A DNA stretch of 64,000 bases, taken from the NCBI GenBank assembly GCA_030265395.1, contig JARFYF010000002.1, forward strand, positions 39,815,987 to 39,879,986, given 5' to 3'. Of the stretch, positions 27,454 to 40,536 are shown piece by piece (position 1 is the first letter of the stretch; each line of letters begins with the position of its first letter). Both the position numbers and the translations under genes were made by a program. Source of the stretch: Rhina ancylostomus (taxonomy: Eukaryota). Under the pieces are notes generated by a model. It searched no databases. It was not told where the DNA came from and saw nothing but the letters and a program-made list of their open reading frames with translations.

Positions 27454-27690
27454 AGATATTTTTAATAGTCACATGTACATCAAAACATACAGTGAAATGT
27501 GTCTTTTTCCATTACTGAGAATGTGCTGGGGGCAGCCCGCAAGTTTCACCACTCTTCTGGCGCCAACATAACTTGCCCACAACTCCTAACCTGTATGTCT
27601 TTGGAATGTGGGAGGAAACTGGAGCACCAGAAGGAAACCCACGCAGACACACGGGAAGAATGTACAAACTCCTTACAGACAGCAGCAGGA
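27454..27690 (-). mobile_element. tRNA-derived SINE, 5'-truncated
   Basis: Close match to 55089-55380 (CTTTGGAATGTGGGAGGAAAC.GGAGCACC.G.GGAAACCCACGCAGACAC). Confidence 0.75.
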
Positions 27691-28392
27691 AGCGAACGAT
27701 TTCTGATATTTAAAAATAGTTGAAATGGATTTAAATAATGAAAAATTATTTTAAAAAACAACTAAGTTTACTGAAAAGCTGGTTTAAATGACAGAAATGC
27801 TTTTAAAACATTAGGACTAGATCATACAAAAACAAGCAAGCACTTACTATTTTTAACCCAGTTCATCATTCGACATATGCCAGCCAGCAGCTCCAATACA
27901 GACCTGACTTCCATGATGATGCAAGTAGGCGTGAAAGCCAAGAACAAGCTGGTTTACAAACAGTAGCTAATCATCAGTTCTCTGTGGAACCACTCACTAG
28001 CAAGTAGCATTTTCTGGTCAATTAAAATTAGAGCCTCTGTGCCTATTCAGAAAAATATGTTGAATTTCATAAAAAGGAGAATGTTTTCATAATGACTTGG
28101 TCAACAATTGTTCTCAAACAAGACTCACTAAGAATAAGTTAACCATTCAATCATTGAATTTCTACTTGAAGAATTTTGCTATCTGCAAATTGGCAAACGG
28201 ATTTCCCTATAGCATTATGGCAACTAGACTTTAAATGCTGCAAAGCATTTTGTGACACCATTGTATGTGAAATGTGTTATACAAATGCAAGATCTTCTCA
28301 TGCTTATAGAAATGATAGCTTTGCAAAAATGTTGCACTTCTTTACAATTCCCTTTTATAGTACAAACTTTCTTGCGGTCTTTCCCAAAATAG

Positions 28393-28464
28393 ATTATCAT
28401 GTAAAAGGATATGATTCTCAGTATTCTGAAGAAGAAGAACAAGAAGACAGTGATGACAGCAGAG
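28393..28464 (+). CDS. col10a1: col10a1 copy B extra 72-nt exon, acidic NC2 segment ([D]YHVKGYDSQYSEEEEQEDSDDSR)
   Basis: Acceptor CTTTCCCAAAATAG, donor GAG|GTGGGT, symmetric phase 1-1, open frame joining exon 2 to the terminal exon; same-length counterpart in copy C. Confidence 0.7.
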
Positions 28465-28741
28465 GTGGGTAACAATATATACATTTTAAAAAATCATCTA
28501 GCAAAAACCTTGAGTAAAGGAAAATAAGGAAGACCAAATCAATTTTCTCATTAAGATATTTTACCCACATGGAGTAGATTTTCAAACTTGCACGCTTCAC
28601 ATAATTTCTAAATAAATTATTTTGAGTTAACAGTTCACCTTTAAGATGTACATTCCCCTCTCAAAAAATAGATGATATTTTTAGACTGCTTTTAATGGTA
28701 TATGTGTCAAAATACCATCACCTTAATTTTCTAAATTACAG

Positions 28742-30600
28742 ATTTTGAAGCAGAACAAGGACTACATGGAATACGAGGACCACCAGGCCCACGAGGACCA
28801 CCAGGCCCACAAGGCCACCCAGGGTCCCCTGGAAAAGATGGCATTGGGGTACCAGGAGCCCCTGGCAAACCTGGCAGACCAGGGGCACCAGGACTGTCAG
28901 CTATGGGAAAACCAGGAATACCTGGAGCACCAGGAAGACCAGGTGGAGCAGGAGCCCCAGGAGAAAAGGGCGACAGAGGACCCCAAGGGATTCCAGGACC
29001 CACAGGCAAAGTAGGACCCATAGGATATCCTGGTCCGGCAGGATTATCTGTTGCTGGTAAACCAGGACCCCAAGGGCCACCAGGTTCTGCAGGAGCACCA
29101 GGTCAACGAGGGGAAAGGGGACTGCCAGGGCCCATGGGTCTTCCAGGGGCAAAGGGGGAAATGGGAGTGGGAATGCCTGGGCGTCCTGGTAGCAGAGGGG
29201 AAGGAGGCCCTCAGGGGCCACCAGGCCCGCCTGGACCAGCAGGAATAGGAATGGCTGGTGCTCCTGGTCGTCCAGGTGCACCGGGTGAAAAGGGGGCCAG
29301 GGGCTCACCAGGTCCAACAGGATATACAGGCGCACCAGGCCCAAAAGGACCAGCAGGAAGTCCCGGATTACCTGGAATGGGAAAGCCCGGAAAATCAGGT
29401 GCACCAGGGATGCCAGGAGCCCCTGGAAGTAAGGGTGCCGCTGGTCCACAGGGTTTGCCTGGTGCACCTGGACTGCCTGGTTATGGAAAACCAGGATTAC
29501 CAGGTCTCAAAGGAGAACCTGGTGCTATAGGTGCCACTGGTTACCCAGGTGAGAAAGGAGAGCCAGGACCATCTGGAGCACCTGGAGCTCCTGGATCCAG
29601 AGGATTACCAGGTCCAGCCGGTCCACAAGGCCCAAGAGGCTCAACAGGTGCAATGGGTGCACCAGGAGAGAAAGGTCCTATGGGGCCTGCTGGTCGGCCT
29701 GGATATCCAGGACCTAAGGGTCAGATGGGACCAGCTGGTGCCCCTGGAAAATCAGGAATGCCAGGACTGCCAGGTACACCAGGCCAAGAAGGACAGCAAG
29801 GACCAGCTGGCGCCAAAGGCAGTATGGGACCTGCTGGTGCACCTGGTAAACCAGGAAGCCCTGGCCTTCCAGGTGGTCAAGGACCAGTAGGGTATCCTGG
29901 TGAAGCAGGGGCAAGAGGAAATGCAGGCCCACCTGGCCCAAGAGGTCCAGCTGGCGCTGCAGGTGCTCCAGGGTTTCCTGGAGAAAAAGGAGATCCAGGA
30001 CGTCCTGGCCCACCTGGTCCTCCTGGAACCTTTTATGGGAAAATGAGTAGTGGCCCACCTGGTGCACCTGGAGCAGAAGGACCACCAGGCCCTCCAGGTC
30101 TTCCTGGCCCACCAGGCCCACCAGCAGAAATGTTTACACCACCAGGCAAGTACAATTATAATGGTTACATTAAATCAGGAGAGCCCTCAACTGGGTTGCT
30201 CAGTCCCTACCCAGCCTTTACTGCTATCCTTTCCCACTCATACTACCGTNNNNNNNNNNNNNNAGTATTTGACAAATTAGTGACCAATTCAAATAGGAAC
30301 TATAATCCATCAACTGGCATTTTCACATGTGAAATACCTGGTATCTATCAGTTTACTTATCAGGTGCAAGTCAAGGGAGCAAATGTTTGGGTTGGATTAT
30401 ACAAAAATGATGAGGCTGTGATGTACTCATATGATGACTATACAGAAGGTTATATTGATCAGGTCTCAGGAAGTGTGATCTTATATCTACATGAAAATGA
30501 CCATGTCCATGTTCAGTTACCTACAGAAGAGTCTAATGGTTTATATTCTTCAGACCTCATGCACTCATCATTCTCAGGGTTTCTAATTGTCCATTCATGA
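28742..30600 (+). CDS. col10a1: col10a1 copy B terminal exon (triple helix + C1q/NC1); 14-N gap at 30250-30263
   Basis: Acceptor TTTTCTAAATTACAG at 28741, phase 1 ([D][14 protein letters not shown]...), about 455 aa Gly-X-Y, C1q domain with [16 protein letters not shown] and HSSFSGFLI; spliced CDS 112+72+1859 = 2043 nt (680 aa). Confidence 0.9.
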
Positions 30601-31407
30601 TGTGCATCAGTTTGGAAATATCCAGTGGTGTGCTGATATTCTATTCTGAGTGAGGAACAACACAATTTAGTTAACAGAACAAATTCATAAAAGATCAAAG
30701 CATGATTGTTGTTATATTAAGAAATACACAGTTCTGACCAGTAAACTGTTGTGTTGTTTTCATCTACTAAATATCATCTGTCTGAAACAAAACCTGCAGG
30801 TTTAGGATATGCACCTTTGAGATGGAAGCATACTGTTCTTCTGATAAAATAATTTTCCAAAAAGTTCTGAATATTTGCATAAAGTTAACTAAATTCTTTT
30901 ACAAAAATAGCCTTGTTAACATGTCATTTCCAAATTGCTCCTTTGAGATACCAACACTCTGATTTTCCATTTTTGCAGAAAATGTTTGTATGAAAATGTA
31001 TTTTGGTGCTTGAAATTTATTGTTCCACCCTTAACAACTAACCACCTCAGTCTGATTCAGCTAAACACAATCTGGAAAATCTGTTATTTTCAATGGTATT
31101 ATACACATTCATGTATTTCAATGTTCATCTTTTAACTGTGTCAAGATCTACCACCATTACTTTATGTATTTCAATAGTAAATTACTTATTATGCTATTCA
31201 AACTGTAAAAGGCATATTATGAATTCTAGATAAATCTAATGACATTGATCACGTATGTATTCTCCAAAAATATACATGCATCTGAAATACAAACGTAAAT
31301 TATACTGTAGCAAATCATGAAATATTTCTTTTTGTAATTGATCAGTTAAAAAGTGGATTTCTCAAATCTGGCAAAATTACAAATGCATTTTTGTTACCGT
31401 GCAGTTA

Positions 31408-31413
31408 AATAAA
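31408..31413 (+). terminator. candidate polyadenylation signal, copy B
   Basis: AATAAA about 0.8 kb after the stop, in a context resembling copy A; a second AATAAA lies at 31672. Confidence 0.5.
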
Positions 31414-34364
31414 TGGTGATTGTTACAAATTTTGCTACTTCATTGGATATTCTCAGAAGTACAACATCCCTAATCAAATTCATAAGCTGGCCTTTGATCA
31501 GGAGGATAATATTATGCCAATATCTAGTTCAACAACAGCAAAACCAGGCTGGTCATTACCATGTGCATGACCTTGTAATACCAGCCCAGATTCCAGAACA
31601 ACACAAATTACACAAACGATGTTTCACAGTAAATATTAGCTATTCTGTCCTTCACTTAGAAAATGCAAAATAATAAATTAGCAGCTTTTTCCTGAATAAT
31701 GGCCCACTTTATTTTATGCATTGGTATTGCACAAATTTACCAAGCACAACTTCCCAGTCTCTGTCATTGTTCCAGGTCCAAATCCACCAAAATTTATCAA
31801 ACAAGATAGGAATGAAAATCTCAGTTTCTGCTCCTCCTTTGGCACTCTGCATTGAGAAATTAGACTGGAATCAAAATTTTGATCTTCATTTGAAAACATG
31901 TCATTTTGATGTAGGATTCGTGGAAACTACATTGTCGGTCCAGCAGGCGTCCAGTCATACTTATATAACGCAATAACTTTCATTCATGTAACACCTCTAA
32001 CAAAGTGAACAGTTCCCGATGTTTCACAGCTGCATAATCATACACAATTTGTCACTGGGCCACAAAGAAAAAAGATAGAAATGGAGAGATTACAGAAGTG
32101 GGATTAAGCTATGGAAGGATTTTAAAGCAAAATTGAGAATTTTAAAATTGAAGTGATGTCCAAGTGGGAGTCAATATGGATCAGCAAGCACAAGACAATA
32201 GCAGTGGGACTTGGTGCAAACAGGGTTTAGATAAACTCGAGTTTGTAGAGAACAGAAGATGGGGTGCTAACTTGGTGAAGATTGAAATTTGATACTTGGA
32301 ATAACAAGCATGGATGAGGGGCTCACCAGAGAATGTGGCATTCCCCAAAAAGTATCAGTAACTCCTTCTTCCATTAAATTTCAATGTTGCTCTAATGGTA
32401 TGTAGATCAAGCAATTATGATTAGAAAAAAAGAGGGCAACACTCTTGCCTGAGTCAGGTTCAAGTTCCACTTCAGAAAACTGAACACAAAAGTAGATTCA
32501 TAACCCGGCATCTGGTCAGGAAGATAACTTTATGCCAATATCTAATTCAATGAAAACATGACCACTGAAAGAGTCTTTCACCCCAGATTAGTGGTCTTTC
32601 AGATGAGACACTTAAAAAATGACCAATTTCTTGTCTGAGGTAGGTGCAAAAAAAATCCAGAGGTACCAGCTAGCACAAAGCAGAGAGCTGGTTCCCAAGT
32701 TTCCCACATCACCACAGTAATGACACCTCCAAAGGAATGAGTTAGAAAAACTGAACAGGTTCTTGCCTAGAAAGGTAGGATGAAGGATAGGCGTACAGGT
32801 GAGCAGTCCACCTGCGAGACTAGCAGTAGGCGACATAAGTAAAAGGTGGTCATTAAATACATTCAGNNNNNNNNNNNNNNNNNNNNNNNNNNNNNNNNNN
32901 NNNNNNNNNNNNNNNNNNNNNNNNNNNNNNNNNNNNNNNNNNNNNNNNNNNNNNTAACAGATAGGACAGTAATATTAAAGAGAATTTAGACATACACATG
33001 AACAGGCGAGGAATATACACTGCTCAGGCAGATGGGATCAGTTGGATTAGTATCATGGCCTGCACTGACAGGGTGTGCTGTACTGTTCTGTGTTCTATGT
33101 TCTATGTTTAGGTCGGAACTTTTATGCTGGACCTCAGCCTTCCAGTTCCTGTGGAGCTGTTACTTTTCCAACAATACATAGTGGGGTTTCCAATTCAAAG
33201 AACACCTTGCGTTTACAGTTGATTTGAATATGGATCTATGGGCCATTGTCATCAAAATAGTCCTGATGCTTTTTGGTAGAGAAGCCAAAGGTCCCTTCAG
33301 AGATGAGATGTTGAATTTCTTATTGGGTAGGCAACATGGTCTGCGTTGATTCGATGGGCTGAATGGCCTGCATCACTGCTGTATTGTTTTATGACTCTAT
33401 GAGAATTAAGGTGGATTCAGAGCAGTCCTGATGCCATGATTCCTGTTGATTGGGAGTTGTCAGGTTGTTTGTGAGGTGCTGTCAGAGTAGAGTTACATTT
33501 GTGGGCTCCTTGAGACCTACAACATTGATTTTCTTGAGGCAATGTTTCTACTGCCACCACTGTTTGGGGCTAAACTGATATCGATTATACAGTAGGTAGT
33601 CAACAGTCCTGAATACTTGTCATGGTGCCTGCAGTCTCTCACCCAGATGACAACATAACCCAACAAGTGCCAATGCCTGGAGTTAAATTATTGCCAAGGT
33701 CTTATGCTTGTACCTCTGTTGAAAAAATTGCTTACAACAAGATTGTGCTTCAAGCATTTTGTCAGGAGATAAACTCTTATGGAGTTAGCCTTCACTACTC
33801 CCTTCCTTACCAATCCGGCCTCTCAGATGATTGCAGCTTTTCCAATCATGACATTCAACTGTTCCTCGAAAAGTTGTGGGAGGTCAGGATGGGTAAGAGA
33901 GTCAGGACAATGAAAAGGAAAGGAAGGGACAGAAGTCTAAGTAGGAAAAGTCTGAATGAAGGGAGGGAGCTGAATAGGAGTGGAATACCTTCAGGTCAGC
34001 ACTCCTTCTGTGGTCTTGCTCCCTTGTCCCACAGCAGCACCCCAAAGACACACTAATCCTAATCACTTCATCACTCTATCAAGCAAACTGCACTCAAGTC
34101 CAGCCCAATGCTGAGGAACTGCTGCTCAGTGATGGCACATGGAGATTTTTGCTCAGGTCTGCAGAGTGAGGGAGGGCACGGGAAGAACTTTCAGGAGTCA
34201 GGGGACTGCATTGAGGAACTGAGGAGAGTAGAGTTTAGATCAGTATATTTAATTGGCAGTTTTGTCACATTCATTAAAAAAAATGAAAATGAAAATGAAA
34301 AATACAAGAACAACTCCATTGACAGTCTAGGCCAGTTTAATAGAATTATTTTTCAAAGGTTAAT

Positions 34365-34760
34365 TTATTCAAGTTCCTAGGTGTAATCATCACCAACAGC
34401 TTGTCCTGCTCCAAGCACGTAGAAGCTATGGCCAGGAAAGCATACCAGCATCTCGACTTCCACAGAAGGCTAAGGAAATTCGGCATGTCCCCGTTAACCC
34501 TCACCAATATTTTACAGATGCATGATGCATCAAGGCTTGGTATAGCAACTGCTCTGCTCAAGACCACAAGAAATTGCAGAGTTGTGGACACAGCTCACTT
34601 TATCACAAAAGCCGGCCTCCCCTCCATGCACTCTCTCTATACTTCCTGCTGCCTCAGAAAAGCAGCCAGCATAATCAAAGACCCCTCCCACCCCACACAT
34701 TTTCTCTTCTTCCCACTTCTATCTAGCAGAAGATAGAAAAGCTTGAAAGCACACCCTCCN
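34365..34760 (+). mobile_element. Rex1/Babar-like LINE C-terminal fragment
   Basis: FKFLGVIITNSLS...ARKAYQHLDFHRRLRKFGMS...KAASIIKDPSHPTH.LF. Confidence 0.75.
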
Positions 34761-35314
34761 NNNNNNNNNNNNNNNNNNNNNNNNNNNNNNNNNNNNNNNN
34801 NNNNNNNNNNNNNNNNNNNNNNNNNNNNNNNNNNNNNNNNNNNNNNNNNNNNNNNNNNNGGAGACGGTCTAGAATTTAATGTGGTATGATTAGTTAGCAC
34901 AGGTGATTCTTTTACAGAAATGTAAGGGCAGAACGTAGAAGTGGGGACCAAAGCACATCTGCACACACTGGCCCGACATGCCCACACCTTCTAATCCCAC
35001 TACATCTGAAAACCAGTCGCCATCTTGACTTTGTTACTTTAACAGCCACTAGTGCAAGGGAGGGTGCTAAACATGCTCGCGTTTGGCCTTGTCGTGCAGG
35101 AGCAGGTAGTTGAGCTTGATCACAGTTGTAGCAAAGTCCACAAGTTCCACAAAGTCTGAGGTGATGATGTTGACGCCATTGACACCTGGTTTCTGAGATT
35201 TCACCCAGTTCATTATCACAGGAAGATTTCTGTAAGAACAAAATGAGGTATGTGAATGTTTGTTATCATTTTAACTACATTTATTTCATATGCACAGCTT
35301 TTCACCAAAACAGT

Positions 35315-35905
35315 GGAATGGCTAAGGAAATTCAGCATGTTGACCCTCACTAATTTTTATGGATGCAACATAGAAAGCATCCTATCCGGATGCATCACAG
35401 CCCAAGACTGCAAGAAATTACAGAGAATTGTGGGCACAGCACAGTCAATCACAGAAACCAGCCTCCCCTCCATGGGCTCTGTCTACACTTCCTACTGCTT
35501 CAGGAAAGCAGCCAACATAATCAAAGACTCTACCCACCCCAGTCATTCTCTCTTCTCCTCCCTTCCATCGAGCAGAAGATACAAAAGCTTGAAAACACAT
35601 ACCACTGGGCTCAAGGACAGCTTCTATCCCACTATTGAACAGTGACTATTGAACAGACCTCTTGTATGTTAAAGATGAACTCTTGACCTCACAATGTAAC
35701 TTAATGTGGCCCTTGCACCTAATAGTCTACCTGCACTGCACTTTCTCTGTAACTGTAATACTATATTCTGCATTCTGTTCTTGCTTTTCCCTTGTACTAA
35801 CTTATGTACTAATGTTTTGAAAAGATCTGTATGGATGGCATGCAAGATGAAGTTTTTCACTGTATCTCAGCACATGTGACAATAATAAACCAATTACCAA
35901 TTACT
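35315..35905 (+). mobile_element. Rex1/Babar-like LINE 3' end with UTR
   Basis: LRKFSMLTLTNFYGCNIESILSGCIT...KDSTHPSHSLFSSLPSSRRYKSLK; tail ATGTGACAATAATAAACCAATTACCAATTAC. Confidence 0.8.
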
Positions 35906-37359
35906 GAATACTAATTATTAACAATAAAAACCTTCCCCTATTCTGCCATCCTCTTTTTCTCAGTGAATAAATGTACATAAAATTATTCCCGCTGAAAACT
36001 AAATGTGAAGTCTCCTCAGAAAATCAACATTTACAACTAAATAGTTTTTTTTCTGTGCACGACAATGACTCAACATTGTACAAAACCAGAACATAAACAT
36101 AGCGGCATAGGAAGAGGTTAGGGTGGGCAGGGCAGTCAAATAGAAGAGTCTTCAGGCACAATCACACAAGTAGGGTGTGGTGGCCATAAGAATGGAACTT
36201 TGGGTGGAGATTTCCAAAGGCTGAACTTCTGTGGTTAGATGAGTGTCCAAACAATAACAGTGGGATTTTGGGTTAAAGCATGTAAATACTTAGAAATGTG
36301 GATAGGAGGACAATAAAATGTTGTGGTTACTTCGCTTCAGGCAGTAAATGAATCCGATAGAACCGATCAGCTCCAAGCAACGTTGGATCCTGTTTTTTGT
36401 TTAATTACCCTAGGAGATTGTTTATAGGATATTTTAAAAATCATTAGAATTTAAGTAGTTTATATTGTGCAAAATAAAGTGCACAAATCATTGGTGGAAA
36501 CTTGTTCTACAGGGTTCATTTTAGTAACTGGAGTGTCATGTTAATTGAGTCAGACTTTGTCCAATTTATAGTTGTTGACACTAAGCAGAACTAAACTAAG
36601 TACTTAGTTGCGACAATACTGATCATGCTATCATGGGTTATGATCATATATCAGATATATGCTTATGAGGCATACTAATCTGTGTGCCCAAATTTCTATT
36701 TTATGCTTTGGTTACATAAAGGATATGCTCTGCCTAGTGTGCTTGCCCTTAAAATTTATCCCTTATATACTGTAGAAGGTACTGGGAGAAACACAGAGGG
36801 AAATTGACAATCCTGGGGTTATATGTCAGTGGGTCCATGTGCAAAGAAAGAGAGAAATGTGAAGAATACCAGGAAAACCAAATTATTTCCAGAAAAAAGT
36901 AGAGTTTCCACTTGAAGTATAAGCATGACATGGGAATATGACTAATCCAAAACAATTTAGACATTTCAGATTTTCAAGTACATCTGGTTTCTTTCAATTT
37001 GAAACAGGAATAACATCAAGGTTCAATTTTCACACAAAAAGGAAAACACAGCTTCTCCATACTGAACTGATGCAAAAGTTCATTATTGCACCCAAAAAAT
37101 GAGTGCAAGGGACAGCAGAAAGAAACAGCTATTTCACAACGACACTACTGGTGACATCATTTTTAGCCTCTAATCCAACAACTGGAACTTTGTAAACTGT
37201 ATAACTGTGGAGACATAGAAAGAGTAATTCTAGCTAGATTTGCCTATTGAATGTAATTATTTTCAACCACCCAGAACTGCATTTGGAAGAAACTAGCCCA
37301 CCACCTTTCATAAGGGAGGATACAGGAACCATGGTGTATAAAGGCTATAATAAAGCTAG

Positions 37360-38220
37360 TCCCAAGGAAAAGAAAAGCTTACAAAAGGTACGGAAAGCTA
37401 GGTAATGTTAGAGATCTGGAAGAGTATACAGCTAACAGGAAGGAGCTTAAGAAGGAAATTAGGAGAGCCAGGACGGGACATGAGAAGGTCTTGGTGGGCA
37501 GGATTAAGGAAAACCCCAAGGCATTCTACAAGAATAGGTGCGAAAGAATAGGGCCTATCAAGTGCAGCAGTGGGAAAGTGTGTATGGGTCTGGAAGAAAT
37601 AGCGGAGGTACTTAATGAATACTTTACATCAGTATTCACTATGGAAAAAGATTTGAGGGATTATAGTGAGGACTTGCAGCAGGCTGAAAAGCTTGAGCAC
37701 GTAGATATCAGGAAAGAGGAGGTGCTGAAACTTTTGTAAAGTATCAAGTTGAATAAGTCACCGGGACCAGATGAGATGTACCCCAGGCTGCTGTGGGAGG
37801 CAAGGGAAGAGATTGCAGAGCCTCTGATGATGACCTTTGCATCATCAATGGAGATGGGAGAGATTCCAGAAGATTGGAGGGTTGTGGATGTTGCTCCCTT
37901 ATTCTAGAAAGGGAGTAGAGATAGCCCAGGAAATTATAGACCAGTGAGTCTTACCTCAGTGGTTGGTAAGCTGATGGAGAAGNNNNNNNNNNNNNNNNNN
38001 NNNNNNNNNNNNNNNNNNNNNNNNNNNNNNNNNNNNNNNNNNNNNNNNNNNNNNNNNNNNNNNNNNNNNNNNNNNNNNNNNNATAGGTACATGGAGCTGA
38101 GAAAAATAGAGGGCTATGGGTAAGCCTAGTAACTTCTAGGGTAGGGACATGTTCGACACAGCTTTGTGGGCTGAAGGGCCTGAATTGTGCTGTAGGTTTT
38201 TCTATGTTCTATGTTTCTAT
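37360..38220 (+). mobile_element. CR1 LINE ORF2 fragment + 3' tail spanning a gap
   Basis: IKENPKAFYK...EVLNEYFTSVFT, KSPGPD, PGNYRPVSLTSVVGKLME; tail TTCTATGTTCTATGTTTCTAT. Confidence 0.85.
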
Positions 38221-38488
38221 AAGTTGAAGTTACAGGGCAACCTCTACACATATGCAGGTGTTAGTATGGCATAAAATTGGCACTGGACAATGAGTGAAAA
38301 GGAGAATAGATCGGCAATTATTGTGAAAAGAGAATGAAGGCGGTGAGGGGGGGAGTCACACCTAATGTTTTGGATGACTACAGACCATTCATTCAAGACA
38401 GTAATAATTCACATAAAACATTCAGAAAATTTGCACGATAACAAAAACCAAAAACAGAGAAACAAAGGACTGCAGACACTTGAATCTG

Positions 38489-38788
38489 GATGAAAACCAC
38501 TATGATGCTGGAGGAACTCAGCAGGCCAGGCAGCATCAGTGGAGAAAAGCAGGCGGTCAACGTTTCGGGTCAGGACCTGAAACGTTGACCNNNNNNNNNN
38601 NNNNNNNNNNNNNNNNNNNNNNNNNNNNNNNNNNNNNNNNNNNNNNNNNNNNNNNNNNNNNNNNNNNNNNNNNNNNNNNNNNNNNNNNNNAACGTTTCGG
38701 GTCAGGACCTGAAACGTTGACCGCCTGCTTTTCTCCACAGATGCTGCCTGGCCTGCTGAGTTCCTCCAGCATCATAGTGGTTTTCATC
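38489..38788. repeat. palindromic non-autonomous element (long inverted arms) around a gap
   Basis: GATGAAAACCACTATGATGCTGGAGGAACTCAGCAGGCCAGGCAGCATC... is the reverse complement of ...GATGCTGCCTGGCCTGCTGAGTTCCTCCAGCATCATAGTGGTTTTCATC. Confidence 0.8.
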
Positions 38789-40536
38789 AAAAACAGAAAA
38801 TGCTGGAAAATACCTAGCAGGTCAGGCCACAAATATGGGAAAAGAAACAGAGCCAACAGTTCAGGTTGAAGACCCCTCATCAGAGTAAATTTGGCATTTG
38901 TTGTTGGATTGATGGTTATGAATTTCCCTATGAGCAATACGGTCATAGAGCATGGAATAAAGCTTTTCAGCTCAATTTATCCATGCTAACCAATATACGC
39001 TAGTCCCATTTGCCCACGTTTGACCCATATCCCTCTAAACCTTTCCTGTCAATGTACCCATCGAAATGTCTTTTAAATATTGTTATTGTACTGGCCTCAA
39101 CCACTTTGGCAGCTCGTTCCATATACATACAACTCTCTGTTTGAAGAAGTTACCCCTCAGGTCCCTTTTAATTCTTTTTCTTTTCATCTTAAACCTATGC
39201 CATCTAGTATTTGATCCCCTTTCCCTGCGAAAAAGATGTGTTCATTTACCTTATCTATGCCTCTCATGATTTTATACACATCTATTAGACAACCCCTCAG
39301 TCCCTTACACTCAAAGGAATCAAGTCCTAGCTTGCCCAATCTCTCTCCATAACCCAATCCCTCAAATCCTGGCAACATTCTTGTTTTTTCTTTTCTGTAC
39401 TCTTTCCAGCCTAATGGCATCTTTCCTCTAGCAGGTGACCAAAACTGAAAATAATACTCCAAGTGCAGCCTCACCAGCATTATCTACTACTGCAACATAA
39501 CAACCAACTTCTATACTGAATGTCCTAACTGAACCCCAGTTTATTAAAAGCCTTCTTCACCACCCTGTCTACCTGTGACATCACTTTTAGGGAACCATGT
39601 ACTTGTACTCCTAGGTCCCTCTTCTACAGTACTCCCCAGGGCCCAACTGTACACTGTGAAAGTCTGACCCTGGATTGACTTCCCAAAATGCAACACCTCA
39701 CACTTATTTGAATTAAACTCCATTTTCCATTCCTCAGTCCACTTACCGAGCTGATCAAGATCCTGCTGTAATTCTTAATAACCTTCTTCACTATTTATAA
39801 TATCACCCATTTTAATGTTGACTGCAAATATACTAACCATGCCTTGTACATTCTCAACCAAATCGTTGATAAGGATGACAGACAACAATGGGTCCAGCAC
39901 TGACCTGAGGGACACCACTAGTCACTGGCATCAGTCCGAAAAACAACCTTCCACCATCACCCTTTGCCTCCTACCATCAAGCCAATTCTGTATCCAGTTA
40001 TCAAGAGCCAGGTCTCTCTGGATTCCATACAATCTAACCTTCCAGAGCAGCCTCAATGCAGAACCTTAACAAAGACCTTGCTAAAGTCCATATAGACTTC
40101 CTCTACCACACTGCCCTCATTGATATTCTTCAAAGAACTCAATCAAATTCATGAGACATGCTCCCCTACACACAAATCCAATGCTGGCTATCCCTAATCA
40201 ACCCGTCTTTCCAAACACGTGTATATCTATCCCTCAGAATCTCCACCAATAGCTTACCTACCAGAGATGTTGGGCTTACTGGTCTATACTTCCCACGTTT
40301 TACTTTGTAGTTTTCTTAAATAAAGGCACAACATTAGCCACATCAGTCTTCCAACACCTCACCCACCGCTAACAATTGTCTGTATATCTCAGCTAGCATT
40401 CCCGCAATTTCTTCTCTAGCTTCCCACAGTGTTCTTGGACATACCTGATCAGGCCCCAGAGATTTATCTACCTTCTTACATTTTAAGACATCTGGTATCT
40501 CCTTTACTGTAATGTGGACTATCCTCAAGATATCCC

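Noticed and set aside
30244-30263. Apparent lesion (YR + N run) in the copy B C1q domain suggesting a pseudogene
   Set aside because: Assembly gap; frame and length match copy A across it, and edge bases are unreliable
28731-30280. Multiple overlapping ORFs over copy B
   Set aside because: Same shadow effect; the ATG at 28903 is internal to the exon
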